This document shows, in pieces, positions 12,001 to 24,440 of a stretch of 64,000 bases of DNA. Each line of letters starts with the position of its first letter. Position 1 is the stretch's first letter. A program made the position numbers and the translations under genes. Source of the DNA: Octopus vulgaris (taxonomy: Eukaryota); NCBI GenBank assembly GCA_951406725.2, contig OX597827.1:54064001-54128000 (forward strand), written 5' to 3'. The notes beneath the pieces were generated by a model. The model was given only the letters and a program-made list of their open reading frames with translations, was not told the DNA's origin and ran no database searches.

Positions 12001-14954
12001 TGGGTGCCAGTATACATGACATAATAAACCAAGACATTTTTATTAATTAAAATTATGGCTTTAGTGATCTGAAGAAATCTTTATCTGACTAATACTGGTT
12101 AAAAAAAAAACAGGTGGATAATCTTGGAATTTTAATTCATCAAACTTTATTAAATATCCATTGCTGTAGGAAATAATCTTTAGCTGTGCAGTGACACTAC
12201 CAGTCATGTTTCACCTGTATTAGACCTTATCAGCAAAACATATTTAAACTACCAGGTTAAATTCATTTACTTAAAATTTCTTGGCTTACTACATCAAATA
12301 TGCAGTGGCCAAATTTTCATATAGTAAGCACTCTTAAGTATTCATGAATATCTATAAGATTCTAAGAGCACCTTTACCAAAGAATATTGAAATATTATAT
12401 AGTAGATTCTCTACACTTTCCCATTTCAACTCTGTTTAAACACATTTTGCATGTAAAACTATATGTATATAAAGTGTATGTGTGTGCATACATGCACTCT
12501 GAGATGACAAAACTTTCTTTAGATGTGAACTTCCTGAGCCATCAGTGGATTCTCTTTGCTGACCTTCTAGAAATAGTGTATCACACCTAACCATTTTGAA
12601 AATAATAATAACAACAAATTATAACTTTTGCAGAAGTGCTTGTTATCAACTTTACAGTAAGGTAAACAGATATTACTCAGAGTAAAGGCTGATCGTGAAA
12701 TGTCAACTTATTTACTTCATACTACAATTTTACTACAATACAGTTAGTAATTAAGTACTAGTTGTATGAAAGTTTTTGGATTTTAATCCAGTTATCTCAT
12801 TCTTTGTCTACTTCTGGCTTGCTTGGAGAATCCATGTTGTGATTTTTTCCCGCAAAGCAGGGATGTGAATTAGCATTATAAGTAATAATGGCTTAATAAC
12901 AGTATAAGTAATAATAAGCATTGTAGCCGTTGATTACATTGTAGTTGTTAGATTACATAGTCGTCGTTAGATTACATATTTATTCATTTCCATGTGAGAT
13001 ACTTCAAATTTGTTATCATAAATCATCTTTTGCCAAGTTCCAACCAGTTCAACTCTGCTACCAACTAATTTTCTTTCTATTCTTATTGTAAGTAGAGCAA
13101 TAAAGAGTGCTACAACAATGTAAAATTATAAATTTACAGCTCTTCAACAGTGAAGCTCTACTCTTATCCAGATAAATAGTCTAACTTTTATATAGTTACA
13201 TGATAGATGTGATAGCTGTTGGAAGAAGCTATCTTGCAGCAGAAGTACTTGAAAGTTTCTTTTTTATACATTTTTCATCATAATTTGCAGTTATGTTATC
13301 AGAACTACATACACATATGAGAGTTAATTCCTAAGTTTAACCTGAACGAATAGCACAAATGATATTATATATAATACATTGTGAAAGGAAATTGCATCAG
13401 TTATATATTAAAAGCTCTAATATATAAATGGTACTCACTCTTGTCATTAACAGATAAATAATTATTTCTAAACTGTCTTTGTAGTTACATTATAAGAAAT
13501 GCCTAATTTATTTATGAACAAATTACTGAAGGAAAATATTTCTCCTCAACTGTTGTTGGTAATTTGTTTTTTTTCTTTTCATTTCTACTAACATTGGCCT
13601 TGTGCCTAAGAAAAGATTATTTTGCTGTTTTGTTTATATATATATATTTGTTATATTTGTTCAAAATATACCATATTAAGAATGTTTGTAGAATTAGTCA
13701 TAGTCTCAAAGACATAATATATTATTTCCATTTTTCTAATTCCTTTGATTATAATTCTGGAAAAGATTTATTATCAAAGAACTGCAAATTATGTAAGAAT
13801 TAATTTTTGGAATATAAATTTATTTGGATAAGTTTTTATCACTGTCCAGCTAAAAATTTTGAAAAGTTGTTCATTAATTGATTGCTTTATTTGATTCATA
13901 TTTCGTTATACTTGTTTATCATATTTTGGGGATGTGGTGTGGAGAGACATCAAAGTGGTAGCAAGTGTGAGGCTTCAACCTTTTTGTTTTTACTTTTGTT
14001 GTTGCTAAAGAATGATGAAAAATTGAATAAGGACATCTCTGATGTAACAAGAAAAATTCAGACTATTGCTGTAAAGTTTAGTTTAGATGCTTAGCCATGT
14101 AAATATTTATAAGTTTCTACAATTATTTGTTTTGTTACTTCACATTTCTTCTATAACCCTTCTCAGACAGGTAGAGAGAATGGAATGTCTACATACATTA
14201 ATACTGGTGGTAGAAGTTATTTTGTGTCCAAATATGACCACTTCTTGGAGAGTTTTAAATTTAAAAGAGAACCAGAGAAAACAGCTGCCTGTCTCAAATG
14301 CCATTGAATAGTTCCATAATTAGGTCCCTTCTGTTTCCTGGGATAGCATTGATCACCTGTTAATGGTTCCACTCAGTCACTCTAAGTGGTACCAACACTT
14401 CCAGCTGGTCAATGAGGTGGAAATGAGGTGACCAATATTTCAAACTCCCAACACTTCCAGCTGGTCAAACCTGTCCGTTCCACTACTCCCTATCATTCAT
14501 TCATTCATACATATGTACATAGATGTATGCATGTAAATATATATATAACATCCACATATACATACATAGATTTGTAATCATATTTCTGCTACTACTCATT
14601 ATATGAAAACATGCTGTTGTTATAAAAGCATCAACCTCTTTACTGTAAAGAAGATGACAATTTTATTGATTATCACAGCTAACTCACTTGTTTCAATGTT
14701 TGTTTCCTTTTCTTCTTTTACTCAATCCCAGTTTTTTTTTTCCATATTGGTATGAGTTGGATGGGTCTACTTTACAACACATTGCCATTTTTAATGCTTC
14801 AGTTTCGTCTTGTTTCTTAGACCTCACACACATCTTTGTATATGGTTACGGCACATCTTCATTGCTTTCTTGATCTTCCTCTGCCATAAAATACTTCTGT
14901 TTTCAAAACAGAACACCTTTTTTGTAAGTAAGATTCATTAAGTAACCATAAGAA

Positions 14955-15290
14955 TGCAATGACCCTTTGTTTACATATTCCTGAAAGTTTTAAATTCCTA
15001 TGAGCTTTTGTCTGCCTTTCATGGAGTTAACATTGGATATCCCACAGATTACACTCAACTAATTTTTCTCTAATCTCCTTATGCATTAAGGGCTGTAGCT
15101 CAAGTACCATGTGACATCATACTTGTACATGCTACATGCCTGCTATTTTTATTTGGAGAGAGAAATCTTTGTTTCCAACAGAACTAGCATCTCTGTGAAT
15201 TTCTTTAATTCTTTAGCAGCTATAGTGTTGTGCCTCTTGCTTCAGCTTGCCCTTCCAATATTTTCCATTTCACTTTGTAGGTGACTGTTA
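14955..15290 (-). mobile_element. Highly decayed RTE LINE remnant
   Basis: Minus-strand translation fragment KKFTEMLVLLETKISLS parallels AKFRELLLPLATKSFS of the 4.9 kb copy. Confidence 0.45.
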
Positions 15291-15961
15291 ACAATAAGAA
15301 AGAGATCCAACTGTAAACACAAGGAGATCCATCTGTAATTTATTCCATCAATATGCAAATGTTCAAATTCTCCTATCAAATCATACGTGAATTTGTCGTC
15401 CATTTTTTGTGATTTTCAACTACAATGTTTTAAAAGTTTTCCTGTTTGAGCATTATAACTTATCCTGATAAATCACAGTAGCTATTTTCTCCTAACAACA
15501 GCATAACGCTTTGTAACCGTATAACTGTAGCACTATTGATTAATGCATGCATTATATTTTGACTTCTAACACTCTTAACTATAAAGTGACTTGAGATCTG
15601 TAACCAATCTGCATTTTCTATCAATAAACACTTCCCTCATATTCCTATTTCATTAAAGAAAGACTTATATGAAAGCTCAGCTCCCTTGCTTATTGTCATT
15701 GCAACCTTCTGTAGTAAATTTTCTATGCTACCATGCTATGTTGATTTCCTGCTATACATTTTCTTTTGATATGCAATGTCATTATACTTCTTATTAATAT
15801 CATTTTCTTTGAAGATTCAGGGCTCCAACATCGTTTATTATCAAAGTTTCTATAACTAGAACTCTCTTACAAAGAGAAAGTACTTGGCAACAGTCAACCC
15901 TTTATTTCATAGGTTGCCTTACATATTTTGAATGGAGGAAGATAATGTTGGAAATAGTTGA

Positions 15962-16296
15962 TTGTGGCCGATGTCAGAGTCACATAACTGGCACATAAAA
16001 AGCACCCTTCAAACATTGGGGCTCATGGGAGCAGTAACAAGTGACCAAGACCTTTGGCGATATGCTGTGCTTGAGAAGACCTGTCAAATCAAGTGAGATT
16101 GTAGTTGTTGCTGATGTGAGTGTTACGTAACAAGCACCCTCTACACTCTTGGGAGTGGTTGGCATTAGAAAGAGCATTCAGTTGTAGAAACCATGCCAAA
16201 TCAGACTGGAACCTGGTGCAGCTTCCCAGCTTAGCAGTTTTCAGTCAAACTTTACAACCCAGGCCAGCATGGAAAACAGATGTTAATTGATGATGA
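15962..16296 (+). mobile_element. RTE LINE 3' UTR/tail
   Basis: Matches 5290-5765: GACCTTTGGCGATATGCTGTGCTTGAGAAGAC...GTAGAAACCATGCCAAATCAGAC...CCAGCATGGAAAACAGATGTTAATTGATGATGA. Confidence 0.85.
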
Positions 16297-16297
16297 C

Positions 16298-16431
16298 TTC
16301 ATCATTTAACATTTGCTTTCCATGCTGGCATGGGTTGGACGGTTTGACTGAGGACTGGCAAGCCAGGAAGCTGTACAAGGCTCCAATCTAATCTGGCAAG
16401 CTTTCTACAACTGGATGTCCTTCCTAACACC
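16298..16431 (-). mobile_element. RTE LINE 3' tail, inverted and abutting the previous copy
   Basis: TCATCATTTAACATTTGCTTTCCATGCTGGCATGGGTTGGACGGTTTGAC...TTTCTACAACTGGATGTCCTTCCTAAC is the reverse complement of the tail. Confidence 0.85.
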
Positions 16432-16499
16432 ATTAATTAATCTAGTTTGTGTGCAATGTGTATTTGTTACTACTTGCAGATTCTTGCATTCATTCAGAT

Positions 16500-16663
16500 A
16501 AGTGGCTGTGTGGAAAGAAGCTTTCTTGCCAACTATGTGGTTCCTGATTCTGATCCACTGCTTGAGACCTTGGGCAAGTGTCTTCTATTACAGCCTCAGG
16601 TCAACCAAAGCCTTGCCAGTGGATTTGGTTGATGGAAACTGAAAGAAGTCCATTCTATATGCA

Positions 16664-16696
<33 letters not shown>

Positions 16697-16864
16697 TTCT
16701 TTGATCCACACCACTGATTAACAACTGGTGTTGGTGTATTTACATCCCCTTAGTGGTTCAGCAAAAGAGACTGATAGAATAAGTTCCAGTCTTTAAAAAA
16801 AAATGCATTGGGGTCAACTAGCATGGGCATAATCTAATGACTGTAACAAGTAAGTGATAAAAGA
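16500..16864 (+). mobile_element. SINE family A
   Basis: AGTGGCTGTGTGG...GACCTTGGGCAAGTGTCTTCT...(TG)n...AATGACTGTAACAAGTAA. Confidence 0.85.
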
Positions 16865-17689
16865 TGCCTCATAACATTCAACAAATAGGTCAGTAAAATC
16901 AGTAACAGGCTGAAGAAAGTACTGGGGGTTAATATGAACCACTATCTTTCTTCATTCAGTTTGTGATATGAAATACAAAGGTTCAGAATTTTTCTCTTGT
17001 CTTGCTTTTGACATTGTTGAAATGTCCATTCTCTAATTCAGCAATGTTTTGAAAACATTCTATATCATATTGCTTTATATAAGTTGGATTGGTATTCCTG
17101 TTAGAAAATGACAAATTTGAGATAAGAGTCTCTGTCAGTCAGTACTTTAGATATCATATTTTATATTTGTTTATACCATTTATCATTATAAGATTTGACT
17201 ATAAATCTGATTATCCATCATCCTTTGCTTGTGATATTCACTGTAACACAAGATATATCAGATGATTGTTAAATACTAAGTAAAATTAATAGTGTGTTCC
17301 ACAAATATTTCAAAACCTTTTCACTCCAAATTGTAACTCTTTATAAATTTTAATGCCATACCATTTCAATAAACATCAGAATAAATTATAAATCTCAATA
17401 ATTCAAAGTGACTGCTTACAATGGTCACATTTTTTGTTTTTCTAAAAGCGCTTAATGAAATGTAGTTGACTTAAAAAGAATCTACATATCTTGCCTATAA
17501 AGTAGTTTACTTATAAGTATGAATATCCATTCATCCAACTTCTCCATCCACTATTCTTGGGAGGGTCGGTGTGAGAGTCCTCAAGTACTTCCTCCATCAG
17601 GTTCTGTCAGAGGCAATTGTCATTAGATTTTCTGGCTAGATTTCCTAGCACAACCAATCAAGACTATGAATATTGTCCAAGCATTTTGT

Positions 17690-18421
17690 TTTTCGTCTAC
17701 CCCTGGGTCTTTTAAAACTGAAAATGTTTCTTTTGTGAGTTTTAAGTGCATAGTGAAAAAAAAATGACCAAAATCGTTTTGGGGCGATGATGGGGTGCTG
17801 GGAGTGGAAAACAAATTTTCCAATTTTTTTTTTTTTTTGTGAAAAGATGCCTCCCATCATTCTGAAAACTTTGGTGAAAAATACTGGAAAAATCCCTGTA
17901 AAAACTGAGTAATTCCAATTTATGTGGGCCATCTGATCTGAAACTCTGTTTTCCAGAAACTCCTCCCCACCCCGCCCCCTTCCAAAAATGTTGCTGACAA
18001 ATTTCTTTGTAATCGTAGCCTACACCATTTGAAAGGCATTTGTATAAAATTTCATTAAAAAGTACCTATTTTCCAGAAAGTTATGAGACGGAAAATCTCA
18101 GGTCCTGTGAATTTTCCGAAACTCCTCTCTCCAACATCTCAGAAAAGTTTTTCCAACAAATTTTTACATACACTCAATCTACAGGATATAAGCGATTATT
18201 TGGTGACAGTTTCGTTAAAAGGTATCCATTTTTTTGGAAGTTTTGAGGCAACAAAGTTGGTTAGGTTTTAAACTGTAGTTATGCCTTTTTTCAATAAAAG
18301 TTAATGTTACTGGATTAATGTTGACTTCTGTTAGATTTTCAAAGAATTAATGGATTAACTTTTTGGTTAACAGATTAATGATTAACGAAGTTAACTTTTT
18401 GATTAATAGTGCCCACTTCTG
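17690..18421. mobile_element. Non-autonomous DNA transposon fragment with one hAT-like terminus
   Basis: Right end GATTAACGAAGTTAACTTTTTGATTAATAGTGCCCACTTCTG (rc CAGAAGTGGGCAC...) with subterminal GATTAA/GTTAAC repeats; internally duplicated motif TTTTCC(A)GAAACTCCTC; left end not found. Confidence 0.5.
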
Positions 18422-18579
18422 GTCATCATCATCATCATCATCTACAAAACATGCATACTATTACTGATTTCTTACCTACTAAATGCTATTAACTCATACA
18501 CTTAAGATTTCATATCATTTCATCTACGAAGCATGATGCTTATGTAATTAGCTAAACTACTTTTTTCAATAGGCAAGTC

Positions 18580-19160
18580 CTTAGAAGGGTTTGGTAAATT
18601 CAATTGCTGTGTGAAGAGCGAGGATCAGACTTTTACAGCAGTTTAGTTTAAAAAATGCTAGTTAATAAGATTGCTATAGCGAGAGGTGAGTGAGCAAAGG
18701 AGGAGGTATTTAAGGTCAGAAGTCTGACACATGAGGTAGATACGTGAAAAGGGAAGAAGTCAAAACTAAAAAAGTACTTGCACTCTACCTCTTCCGCAAT
18801 CTAGGCAGAAGGAAGAGATGGTGTTCAGGTCAAGAAGGGAGGGGCAGGTGGAGGAGTAAAGAGGTGGGAAACAAAGGGTGTGCACATCCAAAAAGCTATT
18901 AAAAAATATTTTAAAAGTATTTAGTAGAAAAATTGAAGATATAGGGAAAAAGGCTTGCAAGAAGCGGTGTGAATGGGGTTGCTAGTTGACCATAAGAGGA
19001 GGAAGTTAAGAATGGGAGAAAGAAGGTATAGTGAACCAAAGCTATAAACAAGGCTTAAGTGGAAGCCTAGAGAAAAGGTCAGGAAAGAAAGAAAAAGAAA
19101 TGATGGCAGAAAGAGTAGAAACTAAAGAGGAAGACTTCTTGGAGGAAATAAGAGGTCCAG
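18580..19160 (-). mobile_element. Decayed LINE remnant (CR1/Jockey-like endonuclease-RT linker)
   Basis: Purine-rich plus strand. Minus-strand translation ...LNTFKIFFNSF...TLCFPPLYSSTCPSLLDLNTISS... resembles the linker of CR1/Jockey ORF2. Confidence 0.35.
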
Positions 19161-19439
19161 TGATCTACTAGCATGCAGTCAAAATAGCAACATCATTTTC
19201 ACTCTCTTTTTAACTCTCAACAAAAGGGGAGAGTCTGGAACATTATATTCTTTATACTTCACATCAATTGAATTTATCAGTTTGTTTCATGGTCTCTCTT
19301 GCAGACTAATTGTTGTTCTGGATTTCAGATTTTATTCTATGATATCACTATGTTGATCAGACTGTTGGATGTTGTTGTACACTGCTGGTCATAATGTATT
19401 TCCAATTTTTTTCTTGATTGTGCCATTATTTTTCTTCAT

Positions 19440-19760
19440 TTGGATCCAAATCATGTAACTAAATCATCTTCCCATCGTCATGGAGACCTTCTGAGTGGCC
19501 CTTTCTAATCTTTTGCATAGCACTCAGCAATTGCACACCCCACTTTGTTGTCTCTGTGAAACTTGCCACATGTCTGGCCCTGTGGAACTTGAGCTTTCAG
19601 TATTCTGCAAACATGTCATTCACTCTGCTCTGTTTTTGAATTACCTTACTTCCTAATTTCAGATATTCTTTCGCAATGACATTCCTAGCATGGATCTTTC
19701 TATGTCCCTTTGCATCATAGTCAATCAGTGTTCTTCCTTCTGTGTGTCTTGCTTGCATAT
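19440..19760 (-). mobile_element. RTE LINE C-terminal remnant
   Basis: Minus-strand translation KQSRVNDM...LKFHRARHVAS...PLRRSP*RWEDDL resembles the RTE motif KWRWAGHVAR...RGRPPxRWxDDL. Confidence 0.6.
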
Positions 19761-21670
19761 AAGAGTGTAGGTAGTCCAGTTTCTGTAGATTTTATTGACC
19801 ATGTTTTGCTGACACTCAACATATAAAGTATATCATGTCAATCATTAATTTTTGTATTCGATATCTTATTCTTGAGACTTTAACCATCACTTAAGTTAGC
19901 ATTGTCTTATCCCTAAATTTTAATAAACTGATCTTACTGGAGTTTCCTTCCTTGCTTATTGACTTTAAACAACCATCCTCACTTGCAGAAGGAGTTTTTA
20001 CCTACTAATTGCTTGCATAATCTCAATTGATCAGTTCTCTATATTATGTTTGTGAGAACCTTCTGTATTAGTATTTAGCATACTGTCTGTTTCTCTGATA
20101 CATTTTTCTTTAACATTCACAAACGTACTTGTCTTCCCTCAAGGATAGCTTGCAGAGGAGTGGACTTTGTTGGACCGTGTATAATAATATACACTACATA
20201 AAGACAAACTCTTCAAAAATATTACAAAAATCCAATGGATTATGGAACACCCAAACGAAAATATGTTCATAAATGAACATTAACTGTATTCAAGTAGTGT
20301 AATTTTCAATAGACTGAATGAGATACTTACTTAAACATTGTAATAGAAAATGTCTTCAGTAAATTACTTTTCAGTTTGTAGTTTCATTCCAACTCCTCTT
20401 GTATTTTAAATTCAAACACTCAGGGTCTGACTTTGTTTTTCATTACACCAGGGTTGATAAAAATTACCAGTCGTGAACTGGGGTTGATTTCAACAATTAT
20501 ACCCCTTTTACTTTTTTTCTCTACTATTTGTGTGTTACTGTCTTGAACCAATGTGAGAAATCAATTTTTAATCAACACAATTGTTAACTTTTGGCACATA
20601 CTTTGGATAATTAAGATAATTTCAAATGGGTCTATAAAATTCTTTTCATGATTGATGTAACGCTTCAATTTATTTTTAATGCTAAACCATGTGATGAATG
20701 AGAAATATTGTAAATTTTTTTATTTAAAAAAAAAAGTTTTCATCATCGTCCATTCTGACAATTGTTCAATTCTTCAAATTTTGTTTTCTTCCTTTCATTT
20801 GTTAGACAATTCTGTCTAGTTTTATTTGGCATGACTCCAAATACACATGGCACTAGCATAATGAATATCTGTTTTGATTGCACAATGGGTGTGGTAAATG
20901 TTTATGCATCTTATGTATCAGAGCATGTATGACTGAAGCAGATATTTTTCAGCTGGATGCCATTCATGGAATCAACTGCTTTTATGTGGAAAAGAAAAGT
21001 AAAAAAAAATGAAAACGAAAGTGTTGATTAAAGAGATAATGGAATTGTTATAACAAACAGGAAAGGAATTGCTGTTAAAATAATTGTTTAAAAAAATGTA
21101 TATTTCAATATCTTATTTCTCTTATACAGTTGGAATAAATAAAATAAATTGCTTACTATTCCTTAATTAGGTATTATTCAACAGTGACTTAGAGTGAATG
21201 CATCTAAGTTCTAGCAAGTTAATCTGTAGTTGCTTCTAATTGTTTTCCCTATGCACATGGGTGGATATAATGTAGTTTTGTAAGCATGTGAAGCACTCCC
21301 CATTTATACAATGCCTCTACTGCTTACACTAATGAATTGTCAATGTGATCTGTTTGCATTTAGGTGAATTTTGCCAGTGATGTAGGTACAGTTTCTTCAT
21401 AAGGCCTGCATTTGACTGATTTTGACAGCTGTAACTTGCACAGCATTCTACATATGATTGAGCTCAGTAAAACCTAAAAGAATTTAGAATGTTTATAGTA
21501 ATTTCTCATGTAGGCATACAGTTTTTAGGCATGCAAATTATGACTGTTTGTAACTTTGGTACAAAGCCACAAATTTTTTTAAGGTCTGTAGCTAATTAAT
21601 TGGTACCATATTTGACTAGTTATTTCATCAATCACCAAAAGATGAACAACAAAGTAGATGAGATTTTGTG

Positions 21671-21708
<38 letters not shown>

Positions 21709-21715
<7 letters not shown>

Positions 21716-21870
21716 CTGGGGAGAGTCATTCTCTTTTAGTGCATTATTATGTAACACACTCACCAGTTAAGTTTCCACTCATTTACTTATTCATTTTTTT
21801 CTAAAATTTTCATTGCGTCATGCAACCTTTTCAGTAGTCATTGACTTTGTCTATTATCCGAGTTGCATTC
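21709..21870 (-). mobile_element. Penelope-like terminal fragment next to (TA)n, containing a hammerhead-like motif
   Basis: Begins right after a long (TA)n. Minus strand contains CTA-CTGAAAA-G-GTTGC-atgac-GCAAT-GAAA-AT-TT-TAG. A partial inverted copy lies at 21991-22109. Confidence 0.45.
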
Positions 21871-21990
21871 TTTTTGTTTGTTTGTGTGCATGTGTGTGGG
21901 TCAGTGTGCATGTACAGACACATTATGTATGTATGTATATACACATACGCATGCATACATACACATACACACACATACATGCATACACAC

Positions 21991-22107
21991 ATAAGTAAAT
22001 GAGTGGAAACTTAACTGGTGTGTGTGTTAAATAATAAGGCAGTAAAAGAGAATGACTCTCCCCAGACACAACAAAATATGCTTCAACACACAAACTAAAT
22101 CCAAAAA

Positions 22108-22109
<2 letters not shown>
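21991..22109 (+). repeat. Inverted partial copy of the 21709-21870 element
   Basis: ATAAGTAAATGAGTGGAAACTTAACTGGTG...AAAAGAGAATGACTCTCCCCAGAC is the reverse complement of ~21714-21790; followed by (TA)n. Confidence 0.8.
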
Positions 22110-22140
<31 letters not shown>

Positions 22141-22143
<3 letters not shown>

Positions 22144-23002
22144 GGTGGGTGAATATATTGTTGTCTATATTATGCAAAAATGAAAATGACACTGACTTCT
22201 AATTTTAACAGATATATTTACCAAAATTACATAAAAATGTCTTGAAATACTAAGAGTAAATTTATTCAATAAAATCGCCATTGGCTTCAAACACGGCCTC
22301 CAGATAGATGATTTTGGAATCTCCTGCAACTCTTCTGGATGGTCTCTTTGTGAATGCTGCCATAATTCTGCCTTCAGTTCATCTTTGATGTTATAAGGAG
22401 TTTTGTTGGTCTCTTGCTCAACTGCACTCACACATAATCAAGGGGATTGCAGTCTGGGGAGTTAGGTGGCCAGATATCAACCGGTTAATGTGATTGCAGA
22501 AATTGTCTGACAGCCATGACTGGGTTCTCCTTCTTGTGTGGCATGGTGCAGAATCCTGTTGCCAAACATAAGGTCTTCCAGCAGTCACTCTCTTGACCCA
22601 GGGCAGCACTACCTCCTCCAGGCACTTGATGTAGGCCTCCATGTTGAGTCTGAGGCTGTGTGGAAAGATGAATGGAGGATAGCATCAACATCACTAGTGA
22701 TCATTCCAAACACCATGATGTTGACCAGATGTTTGGTTTTTATCATTCAGATTGCACTGTCCTCAGACTGATACCCAAACACTCTGAAATGTTAGTACTG
22801 GTGCTTATGGTGTGAATACTAAGCTGTACAGCATGTCGTTTCCAAATTTCTGGCAAAGTGAATTGCATCATGGTACTGTTTTTCTCACACATGGTGCCCA
22901 ACTGACCCTATTATACTGTGTAGTCAACAAAATCAAAAACAAACAATGCACATGCACAAAGTTAAGAATATAAAATGGCAACAATTTACCCATTGCACAC
23001 TG
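22141..23002 (-). mobile_element. Internally deleted Tc1/mariner element of the maT (DD37D) type; transposase pseudogene
   Basis: Minus strand YIKCLEEVVLPWVK...YVWQQDSAPCHT...[frameshift]DIWPPNSPDCNPLDY. There are 37 residues between the two Asp after removing a 2-nt insertion. Degenerate TIRs CAGGGTG...ATTGTTGTC / GGCAACAAT...CACACTG; TA-rich flanks. Confidence 0.85.
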
Positions 23003-24304
23003 TTTATATATATATGTGTGTGTGTGTGTGTAAGTGTGTTTGTGTACACACGCATTAATAAAATCAATGACAAAAATGCAGAAATTGTGTAATCGCATTA
23101 ATTTGCATACATCTGTTTCTTGTTATAATGAATGGTGCATCCAGTGGTGCAATGTCTTATAGCTTCATCATAGGCATATATATTTGTGTATGCATGTGTA
23201 ATTGTGCATGTATATCATCATTTCTTGCTATCTGCATCAGAATGCACACCAATGCAAGGTAGTTGCATCCATGATATTCGATCTTTGGCAAGAGCATTCA
23301 GAGAAGCTGCATCATGACCTATAAACATGCTGTGATGTTTTCTCTCTATCTCTGAGGCTGCTTACCTCTGTCTCTTTTTTTCATTAATGATACAGAGTGC
23401 TCAGTCAGAATCTGCATCTTTCTTCTTTGATATTGAATATATGGGTTGGTTTTAAGAGAATTGTTTATCTCTATAAGGACTTTAAGGATGGAATAATTCC
23501 TTTATTTTATTTTATTCTAATTTATTTTATTTTTCTCTTGTTGCTTTTTTCTTGTCTCAAACATTGTTTGCCATATATCTGCAGTTAGTTCTAAGTTTAA
23601 TTATGGAATTTAAAAATTCTTAACATATTTTGTTGACATTCCTAATCATGCACTGTTGGTTGTGTTCCCTATGCCTGTTGTTTGTTGAACCCTATAAAAC
23701 CACAGAAGGCTTCAATACTAGAAGAACAAAATTATGAATTGCAATTCTGACACTGTAAGATGCCACAACTGTGCATTCATACATAGATGCTTACATTCAA
23801 ACGAGCCAACAAAGGAATCTCTGTAGTTACTCAATTAGTAGAAACAGCAGGGAAAATGCACTATTTTTTCTGAAATAAAGTGAACATTGGCTAATGTAGT
23901 TCTCTATACTCACCAAAAGATAAGGTGGTCACGTTTGAATTGTTTTTGAACAGACCTCTATTTGATTGGGCCTAACCTAAAGCAACAACAAATATACGCA
24001 TACAAATATGATTTCTATGCAAAATATTTATTGAAATTGTGACATAATATCAATTTCTCATTTGTTTCTGTTTTGGTGCTAATGTTTTTTAGGAAGAGAC
24101 AACATCACAAACTTTTTCACATTGTTTATATGTTTATGAGCTATAAAGTAAAAAAAAAACAAATATTTTTCTTTGCAATAACTAAAATAAAAACTATATA
24201 GAAACTGTATAGTAAATAATAAAAAAAAATCTGTATGACAATGTAACACTTACTTACAACTATCACACAATATCAAAACAAGGAAGCAGTAACATACAAA
24301 TACA

Positions 24305-24440
24305 CATGCTCCCAAACATATATATTTGGGCTTCTTTCAGTTTCCATCTACTATAAGGTTTTGGCTTGGACCTATAGTTGGAGACACTTGCCTGAACTAA
24401 ACCCAAAACCTGTGGTTGGGAGGCAAACTCCTTACCATGA
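24305..24440 (-). mobile_element. SINE family A, decayed 5' half
   Basis: GGGCTTCTTTCAGTTTCCATCTA...GACACTTGCC...TGTGGTTGGGAGGCAAACTCCTTACCA. Confidence 0.7.

Noticed and set aside
14392-14468. 21-bp direct repeat CCAACACTTCCAGCTGGTCAA twice with a 35-bp spacer (CRISPR-like spacing)
   Set aside because: Only two units in a eukaryotic context with no cas genes; the spacer itself contains a short duplication, consistent with local slippage.
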